Source of the DNA: Phoronis australis
Taxonomy: Eukaryota; Animalia; Phoronida
Reading direction: 5' to 3'
DNA length: 64,000 bases
NCBI GenBank assembly: GCA_002633005.1
Contig: NMRA01000485.1
Coordinates: 186,442 to 250,441, forward strand
The position numbers and the translations under genes are program-made. Below, piece after piece: positions 24,901 to 38,957 of this stretch. The notes under the pieces are model-generated. The model was not told where the DNA came from. It was given only the letters and a program-made list of their open reading frames with translations, and ran no database searches. Each line of letters begins with the position of its first letter. Position 1 is the first letter of the stretch.

Positions 24901-27900
24901 GTCAGTATATATGAGGGGAATTTCAGGATGCGCTCAGGGTTGAAAACAGTGATGTTTGCCCTGGTGACCCGTAGGTAAGGGGTTCGGGGGCTAGAAGGAA
25001 GCCCTGTAAAACAGCCGATAAAAAGACAAATTTGTATCAATGCGGGCTTTACGGGTGCAGTATTAAAGCGACTGTAAAAGAAGTTAACTTTTCATTTAAA
25101 CCACTTACCGCTGCATTAACGAACCTTAATTCTTTTGAACCAATGAAATCATCTCTGATTTGATCCAGGAAATTTTTGAAACTGGTTTCATTGCCGAAAA
25201 TGTAAGTCAAAAGTCGTTTATTTGCTATGGAAGGTGGGTTTATTAGCGTTCAAATTTAGATCATGGGTCCCGCCTGGAATTTCTTTTCTTTTCCATCGCA
25301 ATCGGTGGAGTGGATTTTCGACGTTTGAGTGAAAGGTAGAAATATGTAACGACCGCAGAAATTGATAGATGTCCAGGACTTGGGGTCGTTGTTCTTTGAT
25401 TCGAATTCAAAATTAAGTTTGACATTTTTCGTTCTCTGCTTCTATTATCCTGTGTTCGAATACACCAAGGTCGAAATATCGTGTTTAAACCCGAGTTTGT
25501 AGCTCGAATCCAGAGTTCATCACGTGCGAACGTTGGACTGAACAATCATCCAAGAAAATCGTTTTTTTACTCGGATACTCAAAAATACACACTTCCCTTG
25601 AGTCTGTACTAGTGTGAGACGGGAAGTACAAAAAATAGACCCTGGGTCCAGGCTTCGTGAAATGGTAAAAATTTACTGGAAGTGTGGCAAGTGATTTTCG
25701 AATAATCTGGAGTAAAGTTTGATGCTTACAGGCCTTGGAACGAATGTTGAATAGCTCATGCAGGAGTCGTAATCTTAAACAAACTGCTATGGGCCTTTTG
25801 CATACTGAAGCCTGTAACAGTAACAGTTTCCTTGCCGCTTTGTAGCTGCAACATTCGCGTATTAATGAAAACATATGGTGCACCCATCAAGAAGGCGTGC
25901 TGCATGTGCAGCACAATGGGAACACGAATTGAACCCGTGTCGGTAGCGGGAACGGATCGAGTAGGCCTGGAAAGGCATATTTTCATGTAGTGTATCTTGG
26001 TCAATGTCTGCTCAACCGGCGTATATTTTTAGTTGGAACTATCAATAGACGTCGCTACTGGGTGGCGTGGGGAGAGCACACTTTCAACGTCTACACTGTG
26101 GTCCAAGTCCCATCTAAACTACTAGAAAAGTAAATCTACATTTATTGTTCGATTCTCAATTCCAAGATATTTAAAAAATTGACATATTTCATACATGTAT
26201 GAGTTCAGTACATGTATTGCAGGATTTTTTGTCCTTCTTAGAGAGGACTTGGCCTGAAGAAAAACACTTCTCAGAAAACGAAAGTCACAAATTGTATATT
26301 TTAAGTAATGGTTCTCTGTTCCAGAGATATTTGTTTGGTTTTGAAATCACGACATTAACTCACACAAAGTTGTCTCGAAATTTTCCTCGCCATGAAAGCA
26401 TTAATAGGAGTTGAAAGATCACGACATTGCTGCGTGTGCCTGCCTTGTGTGAATAACATCAGTTGTATCTTTACGTTAAGATTATGAAACGCATTTGTAG
26501 TTCGTACATGCTACATGTATGTGTGCATTCTTTTCGTATTTTGTTTTATTGCAATTATTATCAATATAGTTAGTAGTAACCTGAATCAAGCTGCTTTCCC
26601 ATTTAACCCTTTTTCCGTCGCCCCAACATTGTTTACAGACAGCAAGCGACCTAACTTTTGTGGGAAAGGTCTCCTACAAGCGGACTAACATTACTGCGGT
26701 ATTAAATTTGCTCCCACACAAAGCCTGGCTATCCGCTGTGTTCTTTGACATTCATCGCTTTTTTCTTGAAGTCACTGTTACCGTTGATCCACCTGCAGCA
26801 TTCCCTCCACGAAAACGTCCGTGCTTTTAGTCTAGTTGCCAAAAAGTTGACCGTGCAATGTTGTTCACTGTAAAGGTTTCTTTTGGAAATTCATAATATG
26901 ATGTTAAGAGAACAAAAATAACTTTGTAGCACTTCGTGCAACCTTGAGCATTTTTAATAATTCAAGATGGCGGCATAAGCAATCTTGAATTTTACCCAAT
27001 TTCCAACTTCTGAACACGACGGCTTGTAGTATCCTGCAATGTATCGTTTCTGCTATTTTTTGGGACGGAAAGTCTATTTCTGGTATTATTTTATGAATGC
27101 GAGGTCAAACTCAAGATCAACTGAGAGGTCAAACATAAAATTGAACTAAATGAGGAAAATCTCCCTCTTTTGCGAAGAAATGTACACGAATGGGACATGC
27201 TAAATCAACATCCTTTGATTTCTTTTGTCATCCATTAAGAATGAGCGACAGCTAAATACTGGAATTAAGATATTCTCCCAAATGGTAAACGAAGTCACAA
27301 TATTGCGTGCTCTTTGTGGATATGTATATGTGCAGCACGTACAAATATGCTGTCTATGTGTCTGTAGTTTGCATTATGCTACATGTAGGACTATACTCGT
27401 ATTCTTATTGTAAATGATATAGCAAATGCTGGACCCCAATCTTACCAAAACCTGAAGAAACAAATTTGCAATATTGAGCGTCTTGCAAAAATATTGAACT
27501 AAGCACGAACCTATGCATTCATGTGTTGTTGTGCTCATGATGCAACTACATGTAATACGCTAATAAGACATTAGGGGTTTTCTAACCAAAACTACAAAAC
27601 GAGTTTAATTCAGACAGTGACTAACCTGCTCTAATCGATTCACAAATTAATGCGCGTGACTTAGCCGCGCTGCTGAAGAAAACCTATTCCCTAATTTCTC
27701 TAAAAATGCATCGATTTTAAAAAAAGGAAGACTGTTTATTTTGATTTAAAAACAGTCACGTTGGTCGTTTGCCTTACTTATTGTTTGTTTTTCTTTGACT
27801 TCGAAAGTTGTACGCTTAACAGGCTCATTGGTTTACGACCGCAGTTATCTCATCTAATACACATTTGGCCCAGCCCATGAATAGCGACTAGCTCACTTCT

Positions 27901-28189
27901 GTCTGTGATAGCGCCATCAAGCAGAATTTGCTGGAAACTATGGGGCGAACAGTGTGAACTGTGCATACTTTCTCGTTGACTTTTATCTAAATTCCGTTTG
28001 CGTAAGAGTTGCCTAATGTGGTGAGTATCGCAGTTAACATCAGTTTTGATTCAAGTCCAATAACCATAGACATGTAGGAAGGTCAAGGCAATAACGTGTT
28101 TGAATTTGGATTTATAAGTCTGTAGTTTTAAAGATAAGTATTACCAACAGTTGCACAACTAGTATTCAGTGTCTACTTGTTATCGCTTA

Positions 28190-31100
28190 TGCGGCAGAAC
28201 ACTCCTGCTTCTTACTTGTTGTAGTCCGTGCAGGACAGGCTAACATTACCTGCCTTTCTGAAGTGCAGCTTAAACCCTATACATCAAGAAGAGCTTGGTA
28301 CTGTTGAAGTGGCCGGTGGTACTACAGAGCTGCCGATTTTCCATCCAAAGTTGGCATTAAGTTCATTTTTACGGTGTATGTTGGTAATCAGCTACCTTCC
28401 ATAGAAACATCTGAAGGTATACTCAGAGCATGTGCAAGTTGGCGTTGGTGGCCTTTGGTGGAGTCATCTTTCGCCAATGGTAGAGGTGGACGCGAAGATT
28501 GTTCATGTTTGACAACTCTTCTGCCGATACAGAGGTATTGTAAGAAGAATGCACTCGGAGGATCCTGAAGCTCAGCGTGAGTAGCATCAGACTCTTTCAA
28601 TACCTGCCTGAGCTCTGGAATGGTCGTTTCTAAGAGTATGAGGGTTGTCAGGTTTCCTATTCCAAAGGGATTAAACGACCTGACATTGAGATTGTAAATT
28701 TCGAGAAGTCGGCTGGACTTTCTGGGGTCTAATCTCTGAACTGTTCTGTAATGTCTGAAGTACTACCGTTCCACTTCTCAACTGGGGTCAACTGGAATCT
28801 GTGGAGTCCTATGGATACCCGAATACGTCAGTGTTGTTACTGAGGATTCTGGTGGTTTCGATGCCTTTTTACACCGCTTTCAACATTCATGTGGTGTCTA
28901 CTTCAGCGTGCATGGGCTCCTGGCCCAGTGGCCCCTGACCCGATCGATGTTGTGCAGAAGGAGACTGCCGCTTTCAAATAGAAGGTTGTTAAACATAGCG
29001 CTGTTTAGAACAGTTCTTGGCAATGTTTTGGGTAAGCAGGACTTCTTATTCTATCATGGTCCTTTGAGTGAGGATCCTTGTGGTCCTAACTTTCAAACTG
29101 AACAATTTTCTTACAAGCGGGAGGATATTGGGGGCCAGTCACGTACTGAAGCCAACTCTCCTGTAGTTCCGGAGACAGTCTAGACGACCTGTAACAGAAG
29201 CTGGCGAACATCAGTCAGCACCACGTCTGTAGCACAATGATACGTGACAGAGATGCTGAGAGATTTGACCAAAATGAATTTGTCGCCCTTCCTCAGGTGA
29301 CCGTATTCGTCGATCAAGGCCAGACTGGACTGACTCCACAGGATCATACTACTGTCCTACGATTAACGGACAACTGAACAGCATCTCAACGCCATAGATT
29401 GTCTTTCTCCTTACAGGGACAGTCTTTTTCAGCAACTTTGTTGTTCTGACTTTTCCTTAATTGCTTGTAACATTCATCCCTAACCTAAACTAAATAATCT
29501 TCTCCTTTGAAATGACCAGTTCGTTCTGAGCAATAACAATGTTTGTAACTTATACTAATCAGCCCAACTCAGCGATTGTTGATGTTATGGCGGTCAGTGC
29601 GGGGACGTCTCTGCTTCTCTAGCTCCTCTACGATCTTTTATTTGCAGCAGCACCACGCAACTACAGACTTTTCCTTAAAACTGATCATATACAAGAGTGC
29701 TTCAGGTGCAACTTTCTAACTTCTAACACCCTTTGGTAGGTCCCGCTGACCTACTGTTTTCGTCAGTAGCATTTACAGATGAGCTCGGAGTAAGTACAAC
29801 TGCAGATAAACATCAGCCAGGGGCACTTTTTAATGGTGGTTGCGGAGGAAGTGAGCTCGATTGCCTTGATTGACTTCGGGCCGGATCAACTGGCTAAGGC
29901 ACCTGATTGGTTTAAAATTCGAGAGCCGCTGTCGAGAACCAATCAAATTTTGTAGCCAGTTGACCATGCGGAACCAACGAAGTCAATCAAGTGAACCCAA
30001 TGTTCTGCTGTTTGTCTTTCCATAGAGGAGGTGGCAGACAATGATATCCTGTGAAGCGGGGTCTGGGATTCGCCAGAGTTGAGACCTGGTGCATTTGTTT
30101 CCAGGAGCATGAGCAGTGTCTGCTTTTCTTTTCTAAAGAGGCTGAACTCTGACAGTGCGTCAACACTGGAGAGCTATCTTCATTTTTATAGACCTGGCCG
30201 TTAAATAGGTTCCATCGCCATCGCACTTTCCTGTTTAAAAGCATGAAGACATCGGTGACGTCATAGTGTATTGTGGTAAACTACCCATGCCTCTCATTAT
30301 AATGGCCAGTCCGGCTTGACGTACGAGTGGGACAGCTCGTGTAATTTGACATTGTCAGGTTCATCAAGTCTCNAACTTCTAACACCCTTTGGTAGGTCCC
30401 GCTGACCTACTGGTTTCGTCAGTAGCATTTACAGATGAGCTCGGAGTAAGTACAACTGCAGATAAACATCAGCCAGGGGCAGTTTTTAATGGTGGTTGCG
30501 GAGGAAGTGAGCTCGATTGCCTTGATTGACTTCGGGCCGGATCAATTGGCTAAGGCACCTGATTGGTTTAAAATTCGAAAGCCGCTGTCGAGAACCAATC
30601 AAATTTTGTAGCCAGTTGACCATGCGGAACCAACGAAGTCAATCAAGTGAACCCAATGTTCTGCTGTTTGTCTTTCCATAGAGGAGGTGGCACACAATGA
30701 TATCCTGTGAAGCGGGGTCTGGGATTCGCCAGAGTTGAGACCTGGTGCATTTGTTTCCAGGAGCATGAGCAGTGTCTGCTTTTCTTTTCTAAAGAGGCTG
30801 AACTCTGACAGTGCGTCAACACTGGAGAGCTATCTTCATTTTTATAGACCTGGCCGTTAAATAGGTTCCATCGCTATCGCACTTTCCTGTTTAAAAGCAT
30901 GAAGACATCGGTGACGTCATAGTGTATTGTGGTAAACTACCCATGCCTCTCATTATAATGGCCAGTCCGGCTTGACGTACGAGTGGGACAGCTCGTGTAA
31001 TTTGACATTGTCAGGTTCATCAAGTCTCTTAGTGACCCGTTCTCCAATCATTCTGCTCCAGAACTGGTGCTGCTTGCTGTCGATCAGGTTCTGTGCCGGC

Positions 31101-31420
31101 AAGTATTCAAAGAAAGCATCGCCACTAAAAAAGCATCTTCTCTACCATGCGAACTTTTCTGGTTCGTTTCGGAGATGTGACAAATATCGCTGCTTTCCCA
31201 ATTTGTGGCTCCATCTACAAAGGACCGTTAAAAGTTTATCCTTTTTCAACTCAGGCAGCGCGTAGGTCGCCAAGGTACTGACAAACTGTGACCTCTTCAT
31301 GTAACAAACTTTCATACGCGGTGGCTGAATGAGGAATCTGTCATAAAAGATTCTTAAAGATCGAGCTCCACCATCTTTTTGTGGACACCCTGGAGTTCTT
31401 TTCGGACGCAAAATCAATTC
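28190..31420 (-). pseudogene. Decayed element encoding a PIN/FEN1-like nuclease plus CXC-like domain (probable transposon relic), in receptor intron 2
   Basis: Minus-strand fragments with stops and frameshifts: LIDEYGHLRKGDK, DVVLTDVRQLLLQVV, SKDHDRIR, HAEVDTT (~28900; cf. HEEADT), RILSNNTDVF (~28830; cf. SDDTDV), VEKWNGSTSDI, PFGIG, TNANLHML*VYLQMFLWKVAD, NFGWKI, LSCTDY. Boundaries approximate. Confidence 0.8.
29718..31028. repeat. 655-bp tandem duplicate (29718-30372 and 30374-31028) separated by a single N; probable uncollapsed alleles
   Basis: The copies are near-identical (about 6 substitutions seen), and the junction is exactly the 'n' at 30373. Confidence 0.9.
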
Positions 31421-34400
31421 AGGAAAAGGCGTCGTCTCGCAACTCTCCCGAATTGCAGGTGATTTGACTACTTTGGAAAATCGCTATGTTCAACAGACAT
31501 GACCAAGAAACTACCAGCGCAAAACGATTACAAGTAACCGGAAGGCTGTTACTAGCAGTGGCAATTTTCATTATTTTCGAGTCTGGTTTCTTGGCGTCTG
31601 AATCTTTATCAGTCGAATCACACTAGGATCCATTACGAAATTTTGGCATTTGTCTTACTACCGGGAAAATCACTGTTGCCAATGATTTTTAAACAGGTCC
31701 GACTGCTGTGGCGTCCTCTTGTGGCAATTTGTTTTAAAATGTTCCCGTGTCTCAATACAGATTCCTTGGTTGATCTTCTTGAAATTTGGCATGTGTTTCT
31801 ATTGGGAAGATCCAACTGGCCTGGATTTTTTGAGACAAATCTGACTATTGCGGGGTGGCCTCATGGCGCTTTTTGTTCGTCTTTGCGTTTTCTCTGATTT
31901 TTGCCCTAATGGATGATTCCGGTGGATTTCACCTACCTTGCGCCACGCACCCTAGTGACCTTTTGATTGTCATTTTTAGTCTCCTGCCCTTTGAACTTCT
32001 TGAAGAATCATGATGAAAGGTGGCAGGTGTGTTCCTATGCTATTACTGAGTTTACTAACATTGTTCTGTTTACTGGAAATTCTTAAACTAATGATCATCT
32101 GTTGTAAATGCGCTGTGTGCGATACAAATTCCCTTGTTTGCTATTTTGATAAAAAAATGTCTAGAAGTTGTTGACTGGTTGTGGTAATAACGCATAACCA
32201 AATCCACACAAGCTTCAGAACTCTGAAAGCGTCAACACGGATGATCAAAAAGGATTAAATACCTACCTTTCGGGAAGAATTCCAAAACGGAACATACTTC
32301 AAAAGTTGACAAAAACAAACAAAGAGTGGAATAGATGAAAACATGATTGATGATAATGACGACAATCTGTGTACGCACTTTTATGACCTCAAAACATAGG
32401 CTCAACAGCACAAAGTTTGATCCAAACTATTTAAGCCACAAAAATATCTGTTGTGAAGTCAATTGTTTCACACATAATTATGTTTATGTTTGAGGAATAT
32501 TCTCTGAATTGTGCATTATTTGCAAAGGAAATGAAAAATGGAAAGCTGAGATTTCCCCATTTAGTCATCGTATAACGCTGCACACCATGTTCAAAGTTTT
32601 TTCCTTTATCTTCAGGAGTAACTGTGTTATGGCTGACAATTGTGAGCGCCCTCTATCAAAATCTTCAAAGGAAGACAACCCTGTACACCTGTCCTTAAAT
32701 GAATACGACCGTCCAAGCTAGCTCGAGGTTACAGCTTGTGAAAATAAGTTGATGTTGCATTAAGAGTACGTGAAAATCTGTTTTATACAAAAATGGGCAG
32801 CTTTAACGCGGGAACTTTTCAAACGTCAAATGCTTGAAACTGTATATCTGGCCACTCAAGGAAAACGAGATTGCCCACCTTCATAACATAGTCACCGGGT
32901 GATAAAACTCGAGCTACGGCACACGGCTTACAATTTCAGTACATGTGCCACATTAAATTATGAATTATTACCAACTATATAAGTTGTTCCAAAGAAACCA
33001 GACAGTAATCAACATTAAAGGGTTCACTATTTGAGGTATTTGAGAAACAACTAAATTATCATGCGCGGAAAGCAATGCAGCCAAAAAAAATTGAGTTCCG
33101 TGACCAAAGGCTACATGGCGTTATTAGATGATACGTGGGGACTTAAAGCACACCACCATGCCTCTATGTTCAGTATTTTATATGAAACCCTAAACAAGGA
33201 TTTTTACAGGACATTCGTTTAATTTTAGACAAAAGCAATGATTTTCAAGAAAAAAGAATACCCTTTGCAGATTTCAAGGTAAAAATAAATAGCTATATTG
33301 TAATTGGTGGCAGGGTGGATATCTTCGTATGGTTCATTCACATTCAAATAGAAGTCGTGCCGAGATGAATAATATCTATTTATTGAAAGCGAACGAGGGT
33401 CTGAAAAACGCCAGTGATAAGTAAGTCCGTCATTACCTGGGACGTAAGTGTTGAGGGTATTGAATGGTTTCCGTGCTTGACCACGTGTTTTACTTGTCTT
33501 TTATTAATACCACATTATCAAAAATGGTATGGCAGTTTAAATCACTCATGTGTTTTCGAAAACGGTGTCTTCCTGAAAAACATTTTCTTTGATTTTTGGA
33601 ACCGTCACGCGGATCTCTATGACATCTGAGTAGGGGGACCAGGGCGCACGGTTGGAACTTACACATTTCAGGCGCATAATGTACCAGCTCATATCACTTT
33701 AACTGATGACTGTTGGTTAGGTGAAAACGAATTTGAGTCTCACGACTACTAATAGAGAAAGACCACGGTGGTATTTCGCTACGATCTCATCTAACGAAGT
33801 TTTTGACACGATCACGTTCCGCGGTGGAGCTCAAGTTTGCATGCCGATCGGTATGAGCGACTTCCACAAGGGGCAATAGTGGTTAACAGGAGCAGTTTCA
33901 AACTCAGAAGACGCGATTAAAGTTTTCCAATATTGCTCAAACCTCTCGTGTTTTGGAGAGTTGAGGATATCAATGTTATTCTTGAAGGCTCCATGCCATT
34001 TTGTGACGTTTGTAAATTGATGCCACAAAAGAAGATCCGTTCATTAACTTTTTTAACTTTTAGAATCGAATCCTGCCACAGCCAAATGTTGCAAACGCAT
34101 TTGTCTGCTAGACGTCTGCAAACTTAATTGCTTATCATCAAATCATGTACGAGGCGAAAACTACACTATGACCGACCTAAACAGCTCAGGTAAAACTCTT
34201 TTGCGTAACAGTCACTTACAAGGGTCCTGCATTTTGAGAATCAGTTTCGTCAATTGAATAACGTTTATCAAATTGGTTTTCAAAGTCCAGGGACCGTGTT
34301 AGTGACGGTTGCCCTATTTCCACAGTTTTGTGCGCTTTCAGCTTAGCATGCTATTTAGTTGCACACCGTCGTGAACTAACACTCAACGGACCTAATCTAT

Positions 34401-35946
34401 ATGCTCGAAACTCGACACGAAAATTGACCAATCGCCTCCTACGGAACTATAGGGGTATCTTCGTAGCCGCAAATCATAAATTGGAGGTGTTTCGTATTTG
34501 CGCACGTGCGAATTTCATCAGAAAAGCAAAGGTTTCAAAATACGTGCACGATATCATTTTCAGTCCGTCGTCTGCCTTTTGGTGTGATGGTACAGCTTGT
34601 TACCACAGGGGTATTCTGGCGCATTCGACTGCATTATATATTTTAACAATCGGATTGAAGTTTCCACATTTGTGGATATGAAACACTCGGAGGGATAATT
34701 TGAGGCTACGAATATAACCGCGGTGTCCCGCATGCAATTGCACGACACGCTAACGTTCCTTCCCAGTGTCCTCGTGTGACTGGAGTGGCGCTGCAAACGC
34801 TTTGCTTGGAATAAAATTGCGACCTTGTTCTTGAGTCATGCATCGTGTCTGGCTTTTTGTGTATGAGTCGAGTGTGAGTTCAAATATAAGGTGTTGTACT
34901 CAGGGTTGCATTCGGTAAGTTTACTAGACTCCTGTGAGTTTGGCGAAATTATGAATTTCAAAGTGTTTGCGCGATATCGCCATGTATTACAAGTCAAGCA
35001 CGTTTGCTCGATGGTTTTTACTAGCACGTACATGTATCGTGCATTGCAGAAGTTGCACTTGTGATAACAATTGTACTGGTGTTTCATTACCACACTCCTG
35101 TTTTCCAACAGCACACCCCACCCGATCACCATTGATTTCACCCAAATAAATCCAGTGCCATGCAGAACACTTTTATCCCTGTCGCCATACACATAACGAA
35201 AAAATCCTTCACCCTATGCATCACTCGTTGTTGTGGGGTGTCTTATCTTCATTAATTTCGTTCCTGCATTTGGGTTGCCGCTTAAAATTACAAAATGTTT
35301 TTGAGAACGAGATTTGTGGGAAATTGATCCGCTTCAAATCACTGCACCGTGTCCAGTAAGTATCGTGACGTGGTGTTGGGGATTAACAATACATGATGCG
35401 AGCTATGTGAGCCTCCGAAGTACGTCATAACTGGAAAGGTCACCTATTTGTAGAAGTTTTTGTTTTCACCATTACAAAATGTCAGTGAGTAGAAATGCAC
35501 TTTGTTTAGAAGCGTAGATTATGTTAAAATAGCTTTGTCGTTTAGTTCCTGCTGCATGCAAATACATCTTTAACAACTACTCGAAACCGAAGACCGACGA
35601 TGTCGCGGCAGCCCATTCACTTGTTCAAACCTGCAAAATTCAACCAATAAAATCTGAAGCCCCTGCCACAGCACTCGTGAAGCACGCATATTTGCATATT
35701 TAATGCATTTTCCTGAAACAGAGGTTGACTGGTGGTTTTCCAATTACAGCCTTTGCTCCAATGCAAGGTCTCATAGAGAAGTGGCAATGGTTGCAAATAA
35801 GATGGCGGAATCTGAAGTACAACTTCAGTTCGTAACGTCACACTTCCCGTCTTTGTTCACCCGCTTTTAGGTACAAACCCGTAACATTTTTTGCACTCGG
35901 CGTGATTGGGCAGATAATCGTATACGCAGTTCTTGGGTTACCTGGC

Positions 35947-36092
35947 CAGGGACCATGATCTAATTTTCGAACTCAGACTTAAGTCAGACTCGGACTTGGA
36001 ACACGATTGCGATTCAAACTCTTGAGTTTACTTGAAACATGTCATGAACGTTGGACCTGAGTTTCCAGAGCGGAGGTTAGAGCCCGGTCCCT
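35947..36092. mobile_element. Short MITE of the CTCGAA-rich family
   Basis: Imperfect inverted termini agggaccatgatctaa ... ttagagcccggtccct. Confidence 0.5.
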
Positions 36093-38957
36093 TACTAGAT
36101 ATTCGACTCGAACATTGACCAACCGTTTGGTACGCTTGGAGTTACTTTTCCAATTTCATTGAGATTGGTCAGTTGGAATCTAGAGGTGGTCACTGGCTTA
36201 GGAACAATGAGAAAAATCTTTAAAGTGTGTTTTACTTCAAAAATTCAATTAAACGGTCTCCTCACCCGTGCGGTGCCAAATGAACAACGGATTCATTGAA
36301 CAGGTGCGTTATAGATTGATTTCAGCGAGAAGTTTTCCAAAAAAAAACTGCCTGCAGAGAAATACAACGGTATATGGTCTCACATTTTTTCCTTGGTAGA
36401 AGACTGTGATGAAACTGGGAATACGCGACATCGACCACATTTGTCGTTTGCATGCGCTTGTTAAGGTAGAGTGTTTACAGTAGGAGAGAGATGTTAGTGC
36501 AGCAAAAAAGTGATTACTTAATCAATCTTAATTTCATGCTAACAATTGACTTTTACGATCACCTTTAATAATAACTACCACGTGGACGTCATTACGGGTC
36601 GTAATGGATATTTATCGAAGATGAGATGAGAGTCTTCGGGTTGAAAAATGAGTTTACGTGCTCTAAACCTCAGAGAGAAGAAAAACTATTGTGATGTTTC
36701 GTCAAGCAAAGGCAAGAAGATTGAAAGATATTTGACTGACAAAAATAAACATGAGATCAAATACACGAACGCGGTGCGATTAATGCTGTACGTGCAGTGG
36801 GCACGTTTCTGACAATCTAGTGAAATCACGCGATATAACGCGACAATTTCTGTTCCCTAAACAAAGGTTTTGCGTAATTAGCTAATCCCGAGTGTCTATA
36901 GGATTAGTGAACGCACGTCACTTCATGTATAGGCGCGCTTTTCTATAATCTTCTGTGTCGTGGCTGTGGGTGAATCAATAGAAAGTAATTGCCAAATCAC
37001 CCAAGAACATTCATAACGTATTTGTATTTTGCTAAATTCGACGTGTCAGTATACATGTTTTAAGCCGAATATCTAGAAAACTACAGATTGTAACTCCGTA
37101 AAAGCCTGCAGCATTTGATTTTTGACGTTTTACGAATCTGTAACTAATTGGTCTCGTGATCAACTGTCTTTTGAGTAAAATAATTAGCAAAACAGGTACA
37201 CTGAATACAAAAGAACGTTATTAACATCATTTCATTTTAATGTTTCAGGTGAGATATCAAAAACAGTTAGTTCTCTAAAATATCAGTTCTCTCTGTTCAT
37301 GCATTTTTCATGAAGATCATAAAAGTCCTTATTTGATAGCCACTCATGCAATAATGGGATATTTAAAAATCCTGAAATTGTTTGCGAAAACAAAACGTAC
37401 AGGATCAGTGAGTTTCACATGAATCCTGTCAGCCCTTTCTGAGATATGAGGCTTCGAAATCAGTCAAATTTTAGACATTTTTATAGGGTCTTGGATAACC
37501 TTACATGTAACTTCCCCAATTTCACAGGTTCGACTTTTTTATGGGGATCACGAAATTAAAACAAAACGTCCAAAAACTCGCCATTGCTCGGAAAGGGATG
37601 ACCCAAGGCAGTAGACATACAACTTAAACTCTTGTAACTTTTTCAGCACGTTTTCTCCATCTCTTTTTGATGTCTTACTCATACGTTTCACCATTTTTGT
37701 AATGTTATTTTGGTGGTAAATCTTAATAATAATTGAAAAATAAGTTATTATTATTATTCGACAAAGTTTGCCAAAACAGTCATTGTTTTACGACATTAAC
37801 TAATTTAGAAAACGTATGAAAATATTCTTAGTTTAAATTAAAGATTGCTTTATTTGAAAAATTTTGATTTTGCTTTGATTTTTAAATATTATAGCGTTAA
37901 AAGGCGTGACATCAAAACTCTGACTATAGACCGGGCGATCGGGTCCAATGTTCTCCACGACCTCTTTTTAAAAATCACGCATCTTCTTAATAATTGCCCT
38001 TTACATATTCGACTTAACGTCAACAATGTTGCGACGAATCTGAAAAATTGAGGTGTGGGCGCTCGAACGCTGAGCCAGTGAGTCGCTCTGAGCACTCGTG
38101 ACCTTTGAAATTAAAGTAAGACTACACAGACTCGTTTAAATGATTTCCCGTACTGTCAGGTCAGTTGTCTACGCAAAATTTAAATCGGTGCTCTCTAACA
38201 AACACGTGTATTCGAGTAGCTAAGTAAGCAATTTGAAATAGCGGAAAATAGACGTTGAAAATTGCGCGCCAAAATTCTAGGACTAACCGGCCTTACGAAT
38301 GTCCTGAAAGTCGTTAAACTACATATTAAGTCTAAGCGCAAACTCCCTCCATTTGTTCGCGCTGTTCAAACTTTTTCCACTCGAATGATTGAAAAAGTTG
38401 TTGTCAAAAACTTGCACGACACACTGTATGCTCATGTTGAGTGACTTATTGATGCACGAGAATGTAGTAGTGTAAATTCCACAAGAAAAAAATCTTGTGT
38501 TTAATGTTGGTTGCGTGTTCAATAACCTGTTATGCGTGAAATAGAAAAACCTCGAAACACTTCGACTTTGAGCGGAATTCCATGATTGGAAGACGTCATT
38601 TGCTTGATTGGCATTGCGTACATACCATATATGGAAAATAGGTAAACCACAGAATGTCACGTGTAGACTACCTGACACTTTGGTTTCAGATGGGAACCTG
38701 GCAGCGAGTTTGCTCTTAAAATTGATACGCTGTTCTAGTTAGCGCGAAGCTGCCAGCATCTTGCTGGAGGCGAAGAACGTGGCTAGACTTCTATTCCACT
38801 GATTATTAAATTTTAGAATGGGCACTATCTTGCTCAAAGTAAGACCATAAAACTCTACTGAATGTCAGTCGAAATAGTTGTCTAATTTTTAATCCTTGGT
38901 GATGTAATGATGTTCAATGTAATGGCCTTACTTTAGATACTGTTCTTCCATTTTCAG

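Noticed and set aside
26603-33026. TTAACCCTTT...AAAGGGTT as TIRs of the intron-2 element
   Set aside because: The match is only about 8 bp with no confirmed TSD, which is within chance expectation.
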